Counted from the stretch's first letter, positions 19,984 through 30,057 are shown. The stretch: DNA of 64,000 nt from an uncultured Frankiaceae bacterium (GCA_964651395.1 CAZYXZ010000003.1:52227-116226); one strand, 5' to 3'. The notes: a model not told the origin generated them from the letters alone. Program-made: numbers and translations.

Positions 19984-20643
19984 ATGCCCCACAATCATCT
20001 GATGTCGGGCGGCCGCCTCATGAGCATGTGCCTGAGCGCCGGTGTTGTAGTGCTGTTCTGTTCGTGCAGCGCGGATGTGCCGCCGTCCCAGCCCAGGTCC
20101 CAGCAAGCATTGCGCGACGCCCTCCCCGAGGCGGACGACCTAGGTTCCCAATGGGTTGAACTGGATACGGGGCCGGTTCCCACAGCGACGCCCACAGGAC
20201 CCACGTCCTTCTGCAATGAGACGTTCGTGCGGCCAAAAATGGCGGACTACGCCGTGCGCCACTTTGAGGACGAAGACCGCGGTCGCACGGGCGTGGAGCT
20301 CATGCGCTATGCCGACCCGGCGATCGCCCAGGGACGACTCGCCGAGTACGAAAAGCTCGCCGGGTCATGCACCAACTTCACCTTCGAAATGCGGGCGGAA
20401 ACGTTGCCCGCGACGCTGGCGACCACGGAGCCGTACCCGTTGCCTGGCACCGACGTCAGGGCCAGCTGTTACCTGCTTTCGCTCGTGGAAAGAGAATCGA
20501 CCGGCTGGTTCGGTGTCTGTCTCGCTGTGATTGACGACGTCTTCGTGTCTACGAGTTCCCAGAGCTATCAGCGGTCCGCAACAGAAGCGAGTGCGCTATC
20601 CCGCCTGGTGATCCTGAAAGCGATCGAGCGGCTGCAGCGCTGA
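19984..20643 (+). CDS. Secreted or lipoprotein-like hypothetical protein
   Basis: Signal-peptide-like MSMCLSAGVVVLFCSCSA, with an alternative start at ATG 20020. It lies in a lower-GC stretch. Confidence 0.45.
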   Translation: MPHNHLMSGGRLMSMCLSAGVVVLFCSCSADVPPSQPRSQQALRDALPEADDLGSQWVELDTGPVPTATPTGPTSFCNETFVRPKMADYAVRHFEDEDRGRTGVELMRYADPAIAQGRLAEYEKLAGSCTNFTFEMRAETLPATLATTEPYPLPGTDVRASCYLLSLVERESTGWFGVCLAVIDDVFVSTSSQSYQRSATEASALSRLVILKAIERLQR

Positions 20644-20904
20644 CTTCCGCCCGGTGGCACGCTCGAGCACGATCTGCTTCTCACGAAGGTCTGCAATTTC
20701 TCACGCTTCTTAGGCAACAAGCCTATTTCGCAAGAAGCCCGCATCGTCGGCATCTAGTGCCGGCACAGCGCCGCGCAGGCGAATTCCTAAGCGTGAGCCG
20801 GCCGCGCAGGCGATTTTGTTCCGGGTGGTTTCCAGGCGAATTTGATCTCGTACCCGGATCCGCTCTCTCGCAGAGAAGCCAATGACTCTGTTATGTCGGC
20901 GGGA

Positions 20905-21423
20905 TCAGTCGGACGGGCCAAGATCCGCCCTGGTGAGGGCCGCCCGCAGCGCAATGCCCTGGGCGGCCAAATTCTTAACGCCACCTTGCTCGCGATCGAT
21001 CGCACAGACCACGGTGTCTATGAGTGCACCCGCGGCGCGCAGCTCGAGGCAGCCCTTGACCAGTGCGCCACCGGTGGTGACGACGTCCTCCACACCAACG
21101 ACGCGCAGGCCGTCGACTGGCCCGCCTTCGGCCACCTTGCACGTGCCATAGGGCTTCGCTTCCTTGCGAACGAAGACCGCTGGGATCCCGGTCAGCTGCG
21201 ACATCACGGTGACGAGCGGGATGCCCCCCATCTCCATTCCGGCCAAGACGTCGCATGCGGGTACCAAGGCGACCATGTGCTCGGCTACCTGGCGCAGCAA
21301 TGCCGGCTGGCCCTCGAACAGATACTTGTCGAAGTACTCCTTGCTGACCTGGCCCGAACGTAGAGTGAAGGAACCAGTCAGGTGGCAGGCGTCGTAAACG
21401 AGCCGGCCGAGGGGGGTTGCCAT
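20905..21423 (-). CDS. pyrE: Orotate phosphoribosyltransferase
   Basis: 172 aa with a PRTase fold and a PRPP-binding loop (VVGVEDVVTTGGALVKG); it matches actinobacterial PyrE (LRSGQVSKEYFDKYLFEGQPALL). Start is ATG 21423. Confidence 0.7.
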   Translation of the reverse strand: MATPLGRLVYDACHLTGSFTLRSGQVSKEYFDKYLFEGQPALLRQVAEHMVALVPACDVLAGMEMGGIPLVTVMSQLTGIPAVFVRKEAKPYGTCKVAEGGPVDGLRVVGVEDVVTTGGALVKGCLELRAAGALIDTVVCAIDREQGGVKNLAAQGIALRAALTRADLGPSD

Positions 21424-21540
21424 GTGGTCATCCTTCCGGACCCGGGTCGTGAGTCCGCGCGGGAGCAACGGGCCACGGTGACCAGGTCCCGCTGCGCCTG
21501 ATGAAGTGGCTTCGCCAGGCGCTGTCTCGCTGGTAGCTGA

Positions 21541-22215
21541 TCAACGCCCGCCGTAGTAGCGAATAGCCGACTCACCAAGGGCGCGCGCGAAACTCCGGTC
21601 GACGGTGTATCCGACTGCGGCGCCCGCGATGGGCACTAGCTTCACAAAGGACGTGAGCGACTTCTCGCCCGCTTTGGTCAGGATCTTTCGACTGACCACC
21701 TTGTTGACCCGCTTCATCGTCTCTCGCGTGACGATCTTCTGGACCCACTTCTTACCCATGTCGTTCGCTGCAGCGACTCCAAACGTTCTCAGCGCGCTGA
21801 CAGCGCTGTTGCCGGCCAGGATGAGTACTAGATCTTGCCGGAGATCGGGGCTGTCGAGTTCGTCATAGACGGCGGCGACCGCCAGCACTAGCGACGCTTG
21901 CAGGGTCAGCACCGACGAGATATTCAGCGCCAGAGTCGGGGCACCACCGAAGCCAGTGGCGAAGCTGGCCGCTCCCACCCGGCGGGTGCCACGCTTGACG
22001 ACCAGACGGGCAAGTTGGTCCTGCGAAAGACCAGGATTTCGTTTGCGGGCACGCTCGACGTCGGCGACGACGATCCCGCGGGCGCGAGCGATGGCGCCCA
22101 GTAGCAGATCGTCGAGGCGACCCACATCGTCCGAAGGGTCCAACTCTGGGCTGCTAACCGGGCCGTCGACAGTCATAAGAGCGCCATGGCATCCGTCATA
22201 TCCCGAGTCGATCAC
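21541..22215 (-). CDS. Hypothetical protein (possibly EcsC-family-like)
   Basis: 224-aa ORF with internal hydrophobic segments. The family assignment is only a tentative recollection. Confidence 0.45.
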   Translation of the reverse strand: MIDSGYDGCHGALMTVDGPVSSPELDPSDDVGRLDDLLLGAIARARGIVVADVERARKRNPGLSQDQLARLVVKRGTRRVGAASFATGFGGAPTLALNISSVLTLQASLVLAVAAVYDELDSPDLRQDLVLILAGNSAVSALRTFGVAAANDMGKKWVQKIVTRETMKRVNKVVSRKILTKAGEKSLTSFVKLVPIAGAAVGYTVDRSFARALGESAIRYYGGR

Positions 22216-22432
22216 GACCTAGTCCTCGTTGGCCACCGGCTAGACGCAAGCAGAACCCAATGCCAATCAACTTCGTCGTGACCAGCCGGCCGGAACCTGT
22301 CTCAAGGGTCCGGACATGCGCAGGCGCTAGATCAGATCCGGCGAGATGCGACACCGATCATCCCTTGGACATGCGAAGAATGGCAGCTGAGTCTGAGCCC
22401 GCGGCTGGCGCGCCGGACTAACGCTGTACCTG

Positions 22433-25400
22433 CTAATCCAGGTCGCCGGTAGCCGAGCTAGGGCCTTCCTCGGACTCGGTAAAGGGGACATCGATCGCGC
22501 GCCGAGTGCGAATTCCACCCAAGTGAATCGTCGTGGATGGTCGCCACTCCAACTCGGTGAGTGGTGACTTGAAGATGCGCATCCTCGTCGGCCAGCCGCG
22601 TTCCAGACCCGCGATAACGGCAAGGAAGTACGCATTGCCTTGTCGCGATGCTTGATGTGACTCGGCCGCCGTGAGCGAAACCTCATCGGGCATCTCCCTG
22701 GCATGCGCCTTGATCTCGAAGTATCGAAGAAGCTCATCGACGGCGTCTGCTCCAATACCGTGTTGGTTTCGGAAGTCAGTCAGCTCGGCTATCTCTCTGA
22801 CACGAAGTGTCTCTCTGAGTAGCTCCAGCCCGAACGTTTCGACGTCGTCCTGGGTAAAGGCAGCTGGCGCAGTGCGCGGCGCCGCGCGCGGCTTGGGCGC
22901 GGGCAAGTTGTCCTTTAGTGGCCGCTTGCCACGTCGCTTGTTGGTCGGCTGGCCCTCACCGATCTCTATGGCTGCGACGTCAACTTCTACGCTCGTCTTC
23001 AACTGCCGTGTGGGCGGCGTGTCAGGGTCTTCAGTGTCTGTCGCTGTGGGTGTTGCCGGTCTGGCGACAGGTCGGCGCCCCTTCCGTGGTGCCTGCAGTT
23101 CAGCTGCGAGGTCCGCGAGTGAGTCGTCGCTGTCGCCGGCCACAGCGATCTGAATGTTCTCCGGCGCTTCACCTCGCTCAGCCCGACGCCACGCCTTCTC
23201 CCACAACAGGGCCACCTTTGTGCGATCGACCATGTCCTCGCCGGAACGGCCGAACAACGCAGCGATGGCAAGGCCGCCCGTCTCGGAATCGCGCAGTGCC
23301 TCCACGGTCCGAGCGGCGACGATGGTCGGAGTGCGGGAGACATGAGCCCCGATGGGAACCGCAACGGACCGACTCTCGGGTAGTTGAACTTCGACCGAGA
23401 GGTGGGCGGTCAGAGCGACCTGGGCGCCGATCAGCTCTGCCCATGTGAGGGACAGCCCGGCGTACACATCCGGATCCTCAGCGAGGATCATGTCGTGTAG
23501 ATGACGTACGGCGGCTTCGAAGGTCTGACGGACAGTCACGCCCGCGAGCTGTGCTGCCGGCGTCAGGCCATTGAGAGCGAACTCGGAGCGGTCGAGCGTT
23601 ATCACGCCGGCCCACGATGGAAAGTCGCCAAAGGAATCCAGGCCGCCGGGCGGGATCCACACCTGTGCATGCTCGCCCAGCGCCTCCGCTAGTGCGCGGT
23701 CGTCCACCGCGTAGATCGGTCGTTGCGTCTGCCAACCGCTGACGGTTTGGAGCGGAATCTTTCGCAACTCATCTCGCTGACGGCCCCGCATTTCTGGGTG
23801 CCTGCTCAGGTAGCGATAGACCTGCAGAAGGACTCCGCGCTCGTGTGGCTGTGGCGGGTCTTGTGCAATCTCGTTGAGCACGGCAAAGCAGACGTCCGGC
23901 TTGGGGGTACTGAGTGCCAGGACTTCCCATAGCGGTTCCAACTGGGGCTGCTCTGGGACGAATGGTCGTCTTGATCCAAAGATGGGATCGCCGCGGTAGA
24001 CGGCGGATGGGGGATACCAGCGTCCGTGCCAGTACAGCAGTCCCGGCGACTTGCGACCGATGCCAAATCTTCCGCGCAGCTGGGCAACCGTGAGCTCGCC
24101 AACCAGTGATGAGGACGTGGCGGTACCTAACGCCGGGCAGCGTTGCGCGAGGGCGAGATACAAGCTGACCGCGTCCATCGGATCCACCGTGTCAGCGTCC
24201 GTGTCGCGCAACGCCGTGAGCTCGCGGAGGACGTCCTCGGTGGTCGGAGAGGTCTTCATGCCTAGGGCATGGAGCACTGTTAGATCGCGATCTGCATCGA
24301 CTTCCGCTGCGTACCACTCTGGTTGCTCACCGAAGACACTGAGCATCTCCGGGGTTCGGACGGCGAGCTCTCTTGGAGCCTTGGCCTCACCTGCCATGTT
24401 CGACATCCAGGGGGCACTCGCCAGCCGCGATAACCAGGTCGCCGGCACCGGCCCAACTCGCTTCCAGCGGTAGTCCGAGTACACGGCGTGTGCGAACTCG
24501 TGGTCTGCATAGACGCGCCTCCAGCCGCGGCTGATGGTGGCCAAGAGGCCGCGCGCCCGTTCGCGGCGGGACCTGACAGGGCTTGCGACGATCTCTGCTA
24601 CGACAGCATCCAGGTCGGCTGATACGCGGTCTGCTTGCAGGTGCGTCGGCCGTCGCTTCAGTGCGTCGATCGCCAAGGCCTGCATCGCGCCGTTGGCCTG
24701 CCTGTGGATAGGCGACGCGGGATCATCGCGACGGAAGTCGCGCTGTCTGGGGACCGTCAGCCGAGGTACCACCTCCGCGCCCAGCGAGGAAAGAAAGGCT
24801 CGAGCACCCAAGCCCCCGCCTTCGGTCGGCCTCAGCAAGGCGCTGTACCGGCCGTCTATCCACAACAACCCGGCCGCAGTGCCGGCTGCGGGAGCCCAGC
24901 CAGCACTGCCCCCTTCGATTCGACTTGGCAGGTACGCGGTGGGTGGTGTGACCAAGCGTTCGGATCTGCTTCCGTTCTCGTGGCTGAAACCGGCTAGTAG
25001 TAGGCGTTGCCCGAGGGCAGGCGCGAGCCGGTCTCTGCGTGCGGCTGGCGCTGCCGCGAGAAGGTCCCTGATCTGCGTCAATTGCGAGTCACTCGGGGTG
25101 ATCTTGCTCTCGTGGTCAGCGATGACCTGTAGAGCAAGCTCGGGTGTGATGACGCTGTGCAGCGTGCCCGCATGCTTGAGCCAGGCCGTCACGTCTTCGC
25201 CAGCCGAGGCCCCCAGGAACTCAGGATGCAGCTGCCACGCGAAGCCCAGCTGGTGCAGGAGTTGCCCTGCTGGGCCCCCATCGTGCTGGCTTACGAGCAC
25301 ACCTTGGGAAAGTGTCTGTGGTGGCCGCACGCGGGCACCGCTGGCGAGGACCGCGCAACGATGCGTGGCGACTGTTCTGCCGAGGCCCGCGGCGAGCGCG

Positions 25401-26908
25401 GCCCCGACCAGGTCTGCGTACCACGCTGGTGGTCGCGGGTGGCGCTCATCTTCGAGAAGAGTCAGCGCCAGCGGCAAGTCGACTCGTTTGCTCACGGCCA
25501 GCTCGTCGAGAACCAGTCGCCACCGACCACCAGGATCCCGCACCGCGTTGGCGAGGGGTGTTGCCTCCGGCGCAAGCTCGGCGATGTCTGCTGCTGTGAG
25601 AACTCCGTCCAGCTCGTCAACTTCGTACGCCAATTGCTGAAGGGCGACGCCGTCGGGCATCGGCAGCAGGAGACTCTCGGCGATCTGCCTATGCACACCC
25701 TCGATGTGCTTACGCAGTCGGTCCTGGAGCCACGCGTCTTCCGCCACGAAAGACTCGTCCGCAAGCGGCACGATCTCCCAGGTCAGCGCCGGTGTGGCGC
25801 TGGCTACCTGAACCGCGATCGTCGACACAAGACGAGCGAGCTCATCTATCAGCCAGGCATTCCATGGTTCGTGTTGAAGGCGGGATCGGGCCGTGTCAGG
25901 GTCGAACTGGGCTTGCAACGCGTACGGCATTCGCGTGCGGAGCGCGATTGGCAGTCCAGCATGAATTCGCCCCGGCTCCGCCCGCGAGGGGACGGCAACT
26001 GCGATCGGGACCTCGTCGGCGGTTTCCTTTCCCGCACGACGCAGGGTGGTTGGGTGGCGGACGGTGGTCGAATACCGCGTCCAATAGCGGTCTTCACTCG
26101 GGTCGCGCACTAGGTCGACCTCGATTGACAGATCCCGCCAACGATCTGTGGTGATTGTTTCGAGGACGATGCCTCGCCGGTCGAGTTCGCGCGCTTCCGC
26201 ATCGAACAGGCGGACGGTTGAGACCGCATCCAGGAACAGGAGAAATCCGGCGTCGAAGGTACTGAACCAATCGACGACGGTGGCGGCGCTGACCTCCTCC
26301 CTGAGTGCCAGCACTAGCAACGTGTCGAGCTGCTCAGGGTCGTAGAAGCCGGGAATGCCCGGGACGGCCGGGATGATCCGGGGACCATCGCTTTCCGCTT
26401 CGAAGTGGTACGGGTGGCAATGAACCGCCATCGCGGTGCTGATCCTGCTGAGCGTCTTTAGGCCGATGCCGAACTTGCCCTTGCTGGCCGCCTCTCCTCG
26501 CTTCGTCGATACATACGCCAAGGCCATCGCCGCGGTATCGACGAACCCAATGCGAGCCCCGTCATGGGCGACGAGAAGTTCCGTTCGAGAACCCACGGTG
26601 CGAATGAGGAACCGAACTTCGTGCGCGCCCTCGTCGTCTGCATTTTGCAGAATCTCGACGAGGCCGGTCAGGCCCTCCACGTTCAGCTGTTCGGCACTGA
26701 ACGTTGCCCCTTCTAGGACGTCGCGAAGTAGACCAGGCGTCTCGTCGCGAATCAGCCGGCTCAGCTCTTGGAGGGCGGATTCTGCGAAGCTGGTGGTGAA
26801 GCGGTCCTCTATCGAGTGCTTGCGCCCATGCCGGTACAGCTGATCAGCTGCCTGTGTCCCGGCAGCACTGTCATCCGATGTCGGTCCTTCGCCGCCGTCG
26901 TTGTTCAT
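22433..26908 (-). CDS. Giant 1491-aa protein: N-terminal sacsin/Hsp90-like GHKL ATPase (HATPase_c_3-type) + long middle region + C-terminal DUF3883-like (restriction-endonuclease-like) domain
   Basis: Bergerat motifs are present: VEILQNADDEGA (motif I), HDGARIGF (motif II) and KGKFGIGLKT (motif III). The C-terminal ~150 aa (ELLRYFEIKAHAREMPDEVSLTAAESHQASRQGNAYFLAVIAGLERG) resembles DUF3883. It starts 285 nt downstream of the second tniQ on the same strand. Confidence 0.8.
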   Translation of the reverse strand: MNNDGGEGPTSDDSAAGTQAADQLYRHGRKHSIEDRFTTSFAESALQELSRLIRDETPGLLRDVLEGATFSAEQLNVEGLTGLVEILQNADDEGAHEVRFLIRTVGSRTELLVAHDGARIGFVDTAAMALAYVSTKRGEAASKGKFGIGLKTLSRISTAMAVHCHPYHFEAESDGPRIIPAVPGIPGFYDPEQLDTLLVLALREEVSAATVVDWFSTFDAGFLLFLDAVSTVRLFDAEARELDRRGIVLETITTDRWRDLSIEVDLVRDPSEDRYWTRYSTTVRHPTTLRRAGKETADEVPIAVAVPSRAEPGRIHAGLPIALRTRMPYALQAQFDPDTARSRLQHEPWNAWLIDELARLVSTIAVQVASATPALTWEIVPLADESFVAEDAWLQDRLRKHIEGVHRQIAESLLLPMPDGVALQQLAYEVDELDGVLTAADIAELAPEATPLANAVRDPGGRWRLVLDELAVSKRVDLPLALTLLEDERHPRPPAWYADLVGAALAAGLGRTVATHRCAVLASGARVRPPQTLSQGVLVSQHDGGPAGQLLHQLGFAWQLHPEFLGASAGEDVTAWLKHAGTLHSVITPELALQVIADHESKITPSDSQLTQIRDLLAAAPAARRDRLAPALGQRLLLAGFSHENGSRSERLVTPPTAYLPSRIEGGSAGWAPAAGTAAGLLWIDGRYSALLRPTEGGGLGARAFLSSLGAEVVPRLTVPRQRDFRRDDPASPIHRQANGAMQALAIDALKRRPTHLQADRVSADLDAVVAEIVASPVRSRRERARGLLATISRGWRRVYADHEFAHAVYSDYRWKRVGPVPATWLSRLASAPWMSNMAGEAKAPRELAVRTPEMLSVFGEQPEWYAAEVDADRDLTVLHALGMKTSPTTEDVLRELTALRDTDADTVDPMDAVSLYLALAQRCPALGTATSSSLVGELTVAQLRGRFGIGRKSPGLLYWHGRWYPPSAVYRGDPIFGSRRPFVPEQPQLEPLWEVLALSTPKPDVCFAVLNEIAQDPPQPHERGVLLQVYRYLSRHPEMRGRQRDELRKIPLQTVSGWQTQRPIYAVDDRALAEALGEHAQVWIPPGGLDSFGDFPSWAGVITLDRSEFALNGLTPAAQLAGVTVRQTFEAAVRHLHDMILAEDPDVYAGLSLTWAELIGAQVALTAHLSVEVQLPESRSVAVPIGAHVSRTPTIVAARTVEALRDSETGGLAIAALFGRSGEDMVDRTKVALLWEKAWRRAERGEAPENIQIAVAGDSDDSLADLAAELQAPRKGRRPVARPATPTATDTEDPDTPPTRQLKTSVEVDVAAIEIGEGQPTNKRRGKRPLKDNLPAPKPRAAPRTAPAAFTQDDVETFGLELLRETLRVREIAELTDFRNQHGIGADAVDELLRYFEIKAHAREMPDEVSLTAAESHQASRQGNAYFLAVIAGLERGWPTRMRIFKSPLTELEWRPSTTIHLGGIRTRRAIDVPFTESEEGPSSATGDLD

Positions 26909-27193
26909 GAGCGGATTCTCTCGGTTGCGGCCCTGACGTGAGCGGTCGTCTACAGACCGACCCGCCCGGACGCACTGTGTGACATCAGCTGCTCGCGTTT
27001 CACGTAACTGAGCAGTGCCCCGGTGCTACGGATCCCGGACTGGTAGCCGACTAGGTGTGAAGCGACACCGACGCGGGCCGCCGTCTGGAGGAATCCACGT
27101 CGAAGACTCGCGAAGTTGTGTTGGCCCAGTAGGCCGGCTCTTCGGCGCGGCGGCGGACAAGCGCACTCAGGGCCGGGACCTCGATGCCTCTTG

Positions 27194-28678
27194 CTACTGA
27201 CACGTTCCGGACGACATATGTCCCGTCCCTAATCGGCTCGCGCACGGGCACCACCATCCTTCGATGGAGCAGGGGGCAGCGGTTACCCGGTCAAGGCGGT
27301 GGCGCGCCAGTCGGCGAGTAGGCCACGGCCGCGTCCAGCCGCTGCTTGATGCGAGTTCACGTGCCAGCGCCATCGCCTGCTTATCAAGGCGGACCTTGTC
27401 GGCTGCTGGAAGTGCGTTGTGGACGTAGTGGGCCCACCGCTTTCCCTGCTCAGCCGGCAGTCCCAGGCTTCGGGCGGCATCCGCCCACGACGTGGTGTGC
27501 GTGCGGGCTACCGCGAGGCTGATGTACGCACGCAAGACGTCGAGCGTCGGACGGCGCAGAGCGTGAAGGTCTGCCGGGACCGCGCACGACCACGCGAGCT
27601 GTGGCATGTCGGCAAGGAACGCTGAGTGATCGGAGGTGGTGCGGGAGCGATTGAGACGGGACGACGGTCGGCCGGTCCGCCTCAGGACGTGATCCAGGAA
27701 CTCGCGCAGGACTGGTTGCCTGCCGCGGGCAAGCTGCTCAGTCAAGACCTTTCCCGCCGGCACTCTGTTGTGGCTGGCAGCCTCCTCAACGAACGCGCTG
27801 CTTGCGGAGGCAGGATCCGCCGCTTCCGCCCAGCGCCGGGCGCCGGAAACCAGTTCGCGGACACCCGCGAGATCTCTGGGAGGGCTTCGCCAGAAGCGTG
27901 TCGTTGCCGGCTGGGCTGCAAGCCCGTTGCTCAGCCAGTTCTGCAAGGACAGGACTTCGCGTAGAGCGCGCAGGCCTTCGTTCGCTGCTATCTCCACACC
28001 CGCGACACGGATGGGGCTGCCGGCGAGGACGGTGTCCACGAGGTGTTGCCAGGCAGCCTCGTGTGGCTGCATCGGCTCGGTGACGGCGGTCCGCAGATCG
28101 CCGCCACAGGGCCTTGCTCCCCGTCCGCGACCGCGGACTTCGGACATCTCTGGACGGTGGCATCGCGCGGGTTGACGGACCTGCTCCATGAAGACTGGTT
28201 GAGCACTGGTGCCGTTGCCGCCGTGGGGCCACCCGAGGCATGTGGGGCAGCGGTCAGCGAGTGTGCGGCCATGCTCGATGCATCCGACGTTGACGGCGAT
28301 TCGATGTGCGAGTTGCCACGCGCCGTCGTCGGCCAAGTGCTGCGGGCAGAAGAAGGAACCGCCAAGGTGCACCCATTCGCGGCAGGCCCACAGTCCCAAG
28401 TGCTCGCGTGTGAGTGCACTCGGAGGGGTAACGGCGTGCGTGTATGCAGCGAGCGTCATTCCGCGAACTTCTGCCGCGTCCAGATCAAGCGAATCGGCGA
28501 CATCCTCGATCAATTCGTCGGGTAGGTATGCCCCCCAGCCGGCTCGGAAGCCTGCGGGCAGCCCCACCGCATCAAGCACGAACCCGAACGGCGCCTGAAG
28601 CGCGGCGCTGAGCCGTTCGAGGTAGCTGTCGTAGCCCTCGCCGGCGATCAGCAAGGGCATCGTGGGAAGTTGGGTCAT
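27194..28678 (-). CDS. tniQ: TniQ-family protein (second paralog; TnsD/TniQ-like target selector)
   Basis: N-terminus MTQLPTMPLLIAGEGYDSYLERLSAAL and a Cys/His Zn-finger-like region FCPQHLADDGAWQLAHRIAVNVGCIEHGRTLADRCPTCLGW. It overlaps the upstream tniQ by 4 nt. Confidence 0.7.
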   Translation of the reverse strand: MTQLPTMPLLIAGEGYDSYLERLSAALQAPFGFVLDAVGLPAGFRAGWGAYLPDELIEDVADSLDLDAAEVRGMTLAAYTHAVTPPSALTREHLGLWACREWVHLGGSFFCPQHLADDGAWQLAHRIAVNVGCIEHGRTLADRCPTCLGWPHGGNGTSAQPVFMEQVRQPARCHRPEMSEVRGRGRGARPCGGDLRTAVTEPMQPHEAAWQHLVDTVLAGSPIRVAGVEIAANEGLRALREVLSLQNWLSNGLAAQPATTRFWRSPPRDLAGVRELVSGARRWAEAADPASASSAFVEEAASHNRVPAGKVLTEQLARGRQPVLREFLDHVLRRTGRPSSRLNRSRTTSDHSAFLADMPQLAWSCAVPADLHALRRPTLDVLRAYISLAVARTHTTSWADAARSLGLPAEQGKRWAHYVHNALPAADKVRLDKQAMALARELASSSGWTRPWPTRRLARHRLDRVTAAPCSIEGWWCPCASRLGTGHMSSGTCQ

Positions 28679-30057
28679 CCGGTGGCCTCTCGCGTGGCCA
28701 AGGTGCGGGCCGAGGTAGACGGCCACCGCGCGTGTAGGTCCTGAAGGATGCGGAACCACGCATCTGGCCCGGGGCCTTTGAGGGCCTCCATGGCAGCACC
28801 GAGTTCGGCGAGCAGTGTTTCGCCGATCTCGCCTTCAGCATGGCGAAAGCGCTTCGCGTCGAGGGCAGCGGCAACTGCGGCCAGCCAACAGCGCGCAGAC
28901 GCCGGGCCGTCTGGAATCGTCTCTTCGACGAAGTCTCGGAGCGCGGGTTCATACAGGCCGATCGCGTCCTCGTCGCTCAGCACGTGGGGTGGTTGCCGGC
29001 AAGGGACGTTCGACCAGAGGCCAAACAGTGTGCGTTGCGACTTTGGCGCGCGGAGGTGTGCCCCCTGTGGCCGGATGCTGTTCAGGTGCTCTCGGGCTTC
29101 GGCCAAGTCCGCGAGCATCGCCTGGGATGTGTACTTGCTCACGCCACGATGAGTGACGAGCTGGCTTGCGACTCTGCCGAGCAGCGTCTTCCACGAGTCG
29201 TCTCGCCGGGCGATGGAGACTGCCGCTGGCAGAAGCACGCCGGTCGTTGCGCGGCCGAGCATCTCGTGCCTACCCAGGCTTTCCCGAGGCCAACGATCGG
29301 TGCGAGAGGCCACGACGCCGTCGATGCCGAAAATGATGAGGAGCTGAGCCCAGTCAGCGACCGCGGCCAGTTGGCCGGGGGCCATGTCCGGCTCGTCGAT
29401 GAGCCGCTGCAGCCATGTACTGGATGCCAGCAGCCCCGGCACGTCCGTGGCATCGAGCGGCGTCGCGTCAGCCAACGAGGACTGACAGTGCTGGCACGAT
29501 GGGGGGTCGGAGCGTGCGCTGAGTTCGAGGGGGGCATGGCAGCCCGCTTGCCCGCAGCTCGAGCAGTCATCGAGGAGCAGGACGCCGTGCTTGACGCAGA
29601 CCGGCTGGAGTGGGACGAGCCACGTGAATCGGTCAACCGTGGGGCGCTCGGCCAGGCACAGTGGGCAGTACCCGGAGGTGTGACCGGGCATCCATTTGCC
29701 TGGGCGAGGGTCGCGGGGGTGCAGGCCCCACCGTGAGGCACCAAGGCTTGCGACGTCATGCGAGATGGGGGTGAGGCTCGAGAACCGGAGGCCGGTCATC
29801 GCCGCCAGCTGCTCCGCGCTACGGTCGAGTGCCGTGGCGAGCTGCTGTAGGTCGCCATCGGAAGGCAGCATCAATCGGCAGGACCAGCGCTTGGTGAATT
29901 TCACGTCGTGGCGGTGACCGGGATCGAATCCAACGGCTCGAAGGAAGGTGTGTAGAGGCAGATCGTTGGCGCGTGCCAGTCGCCGTACCAAGCTCTGCAA
30001 TGACTCGTCGGCGGCAGGCTCAACGTCGGACGGCAGCCCCGCGGCATCATCAGTCAC
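28675..30057 (-). CDS. tniQ: TniQ-family protein (first paralog)
   Basis: Classic TniQ N-terminus ESLQSLVRRLARANDLPLHTFL and a Cys cluster YCPLCLAERPTVDRFTWLVPLQPVCVKHGVLLLDDCSSCG. It overlaps tnsC by 4 nt (ATGA). Confidence 0.8.
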   Translation of the reverse strand: MTDDAAGLPSDVEPAADESLQSLVRRLARANDLPLHTFLRAVGFDPGHRHDVKFTKRWSCRLMLPSDGDLQQLATALDRSAEQLAAMTGLRFSSLTPISHDVASLGASRWGLHPRDPRPGKWMPGHTSGYCPLCLAERPTVDRFTWLVPLQPVCVKHGVLLLDDCSSCGQAGCHAPLELSARSDPPSCQHCQSSLADATPLDATDVPGLLASSTWLQRLIDEPDMAPGQLAAVADWAQLLIIFGIDGVVASRTDRWPRESLGRHEMLGRATTGVLLPAAVSIARRDDSWKTLLGRVASQLVTHRGVSKYTSQAMLADLAEAREHLNSIRPQGAHLRAPKSQRTLFGLWSNVPCRQPPHVLSDEDAIGLYEPALRDFVEETIPDGPASARCWLAAVAAALDAKRFRHAEGEIGETLLAELGAAMEALKGPGPDAWFRILQDLHARWPSTSARTLATREATG

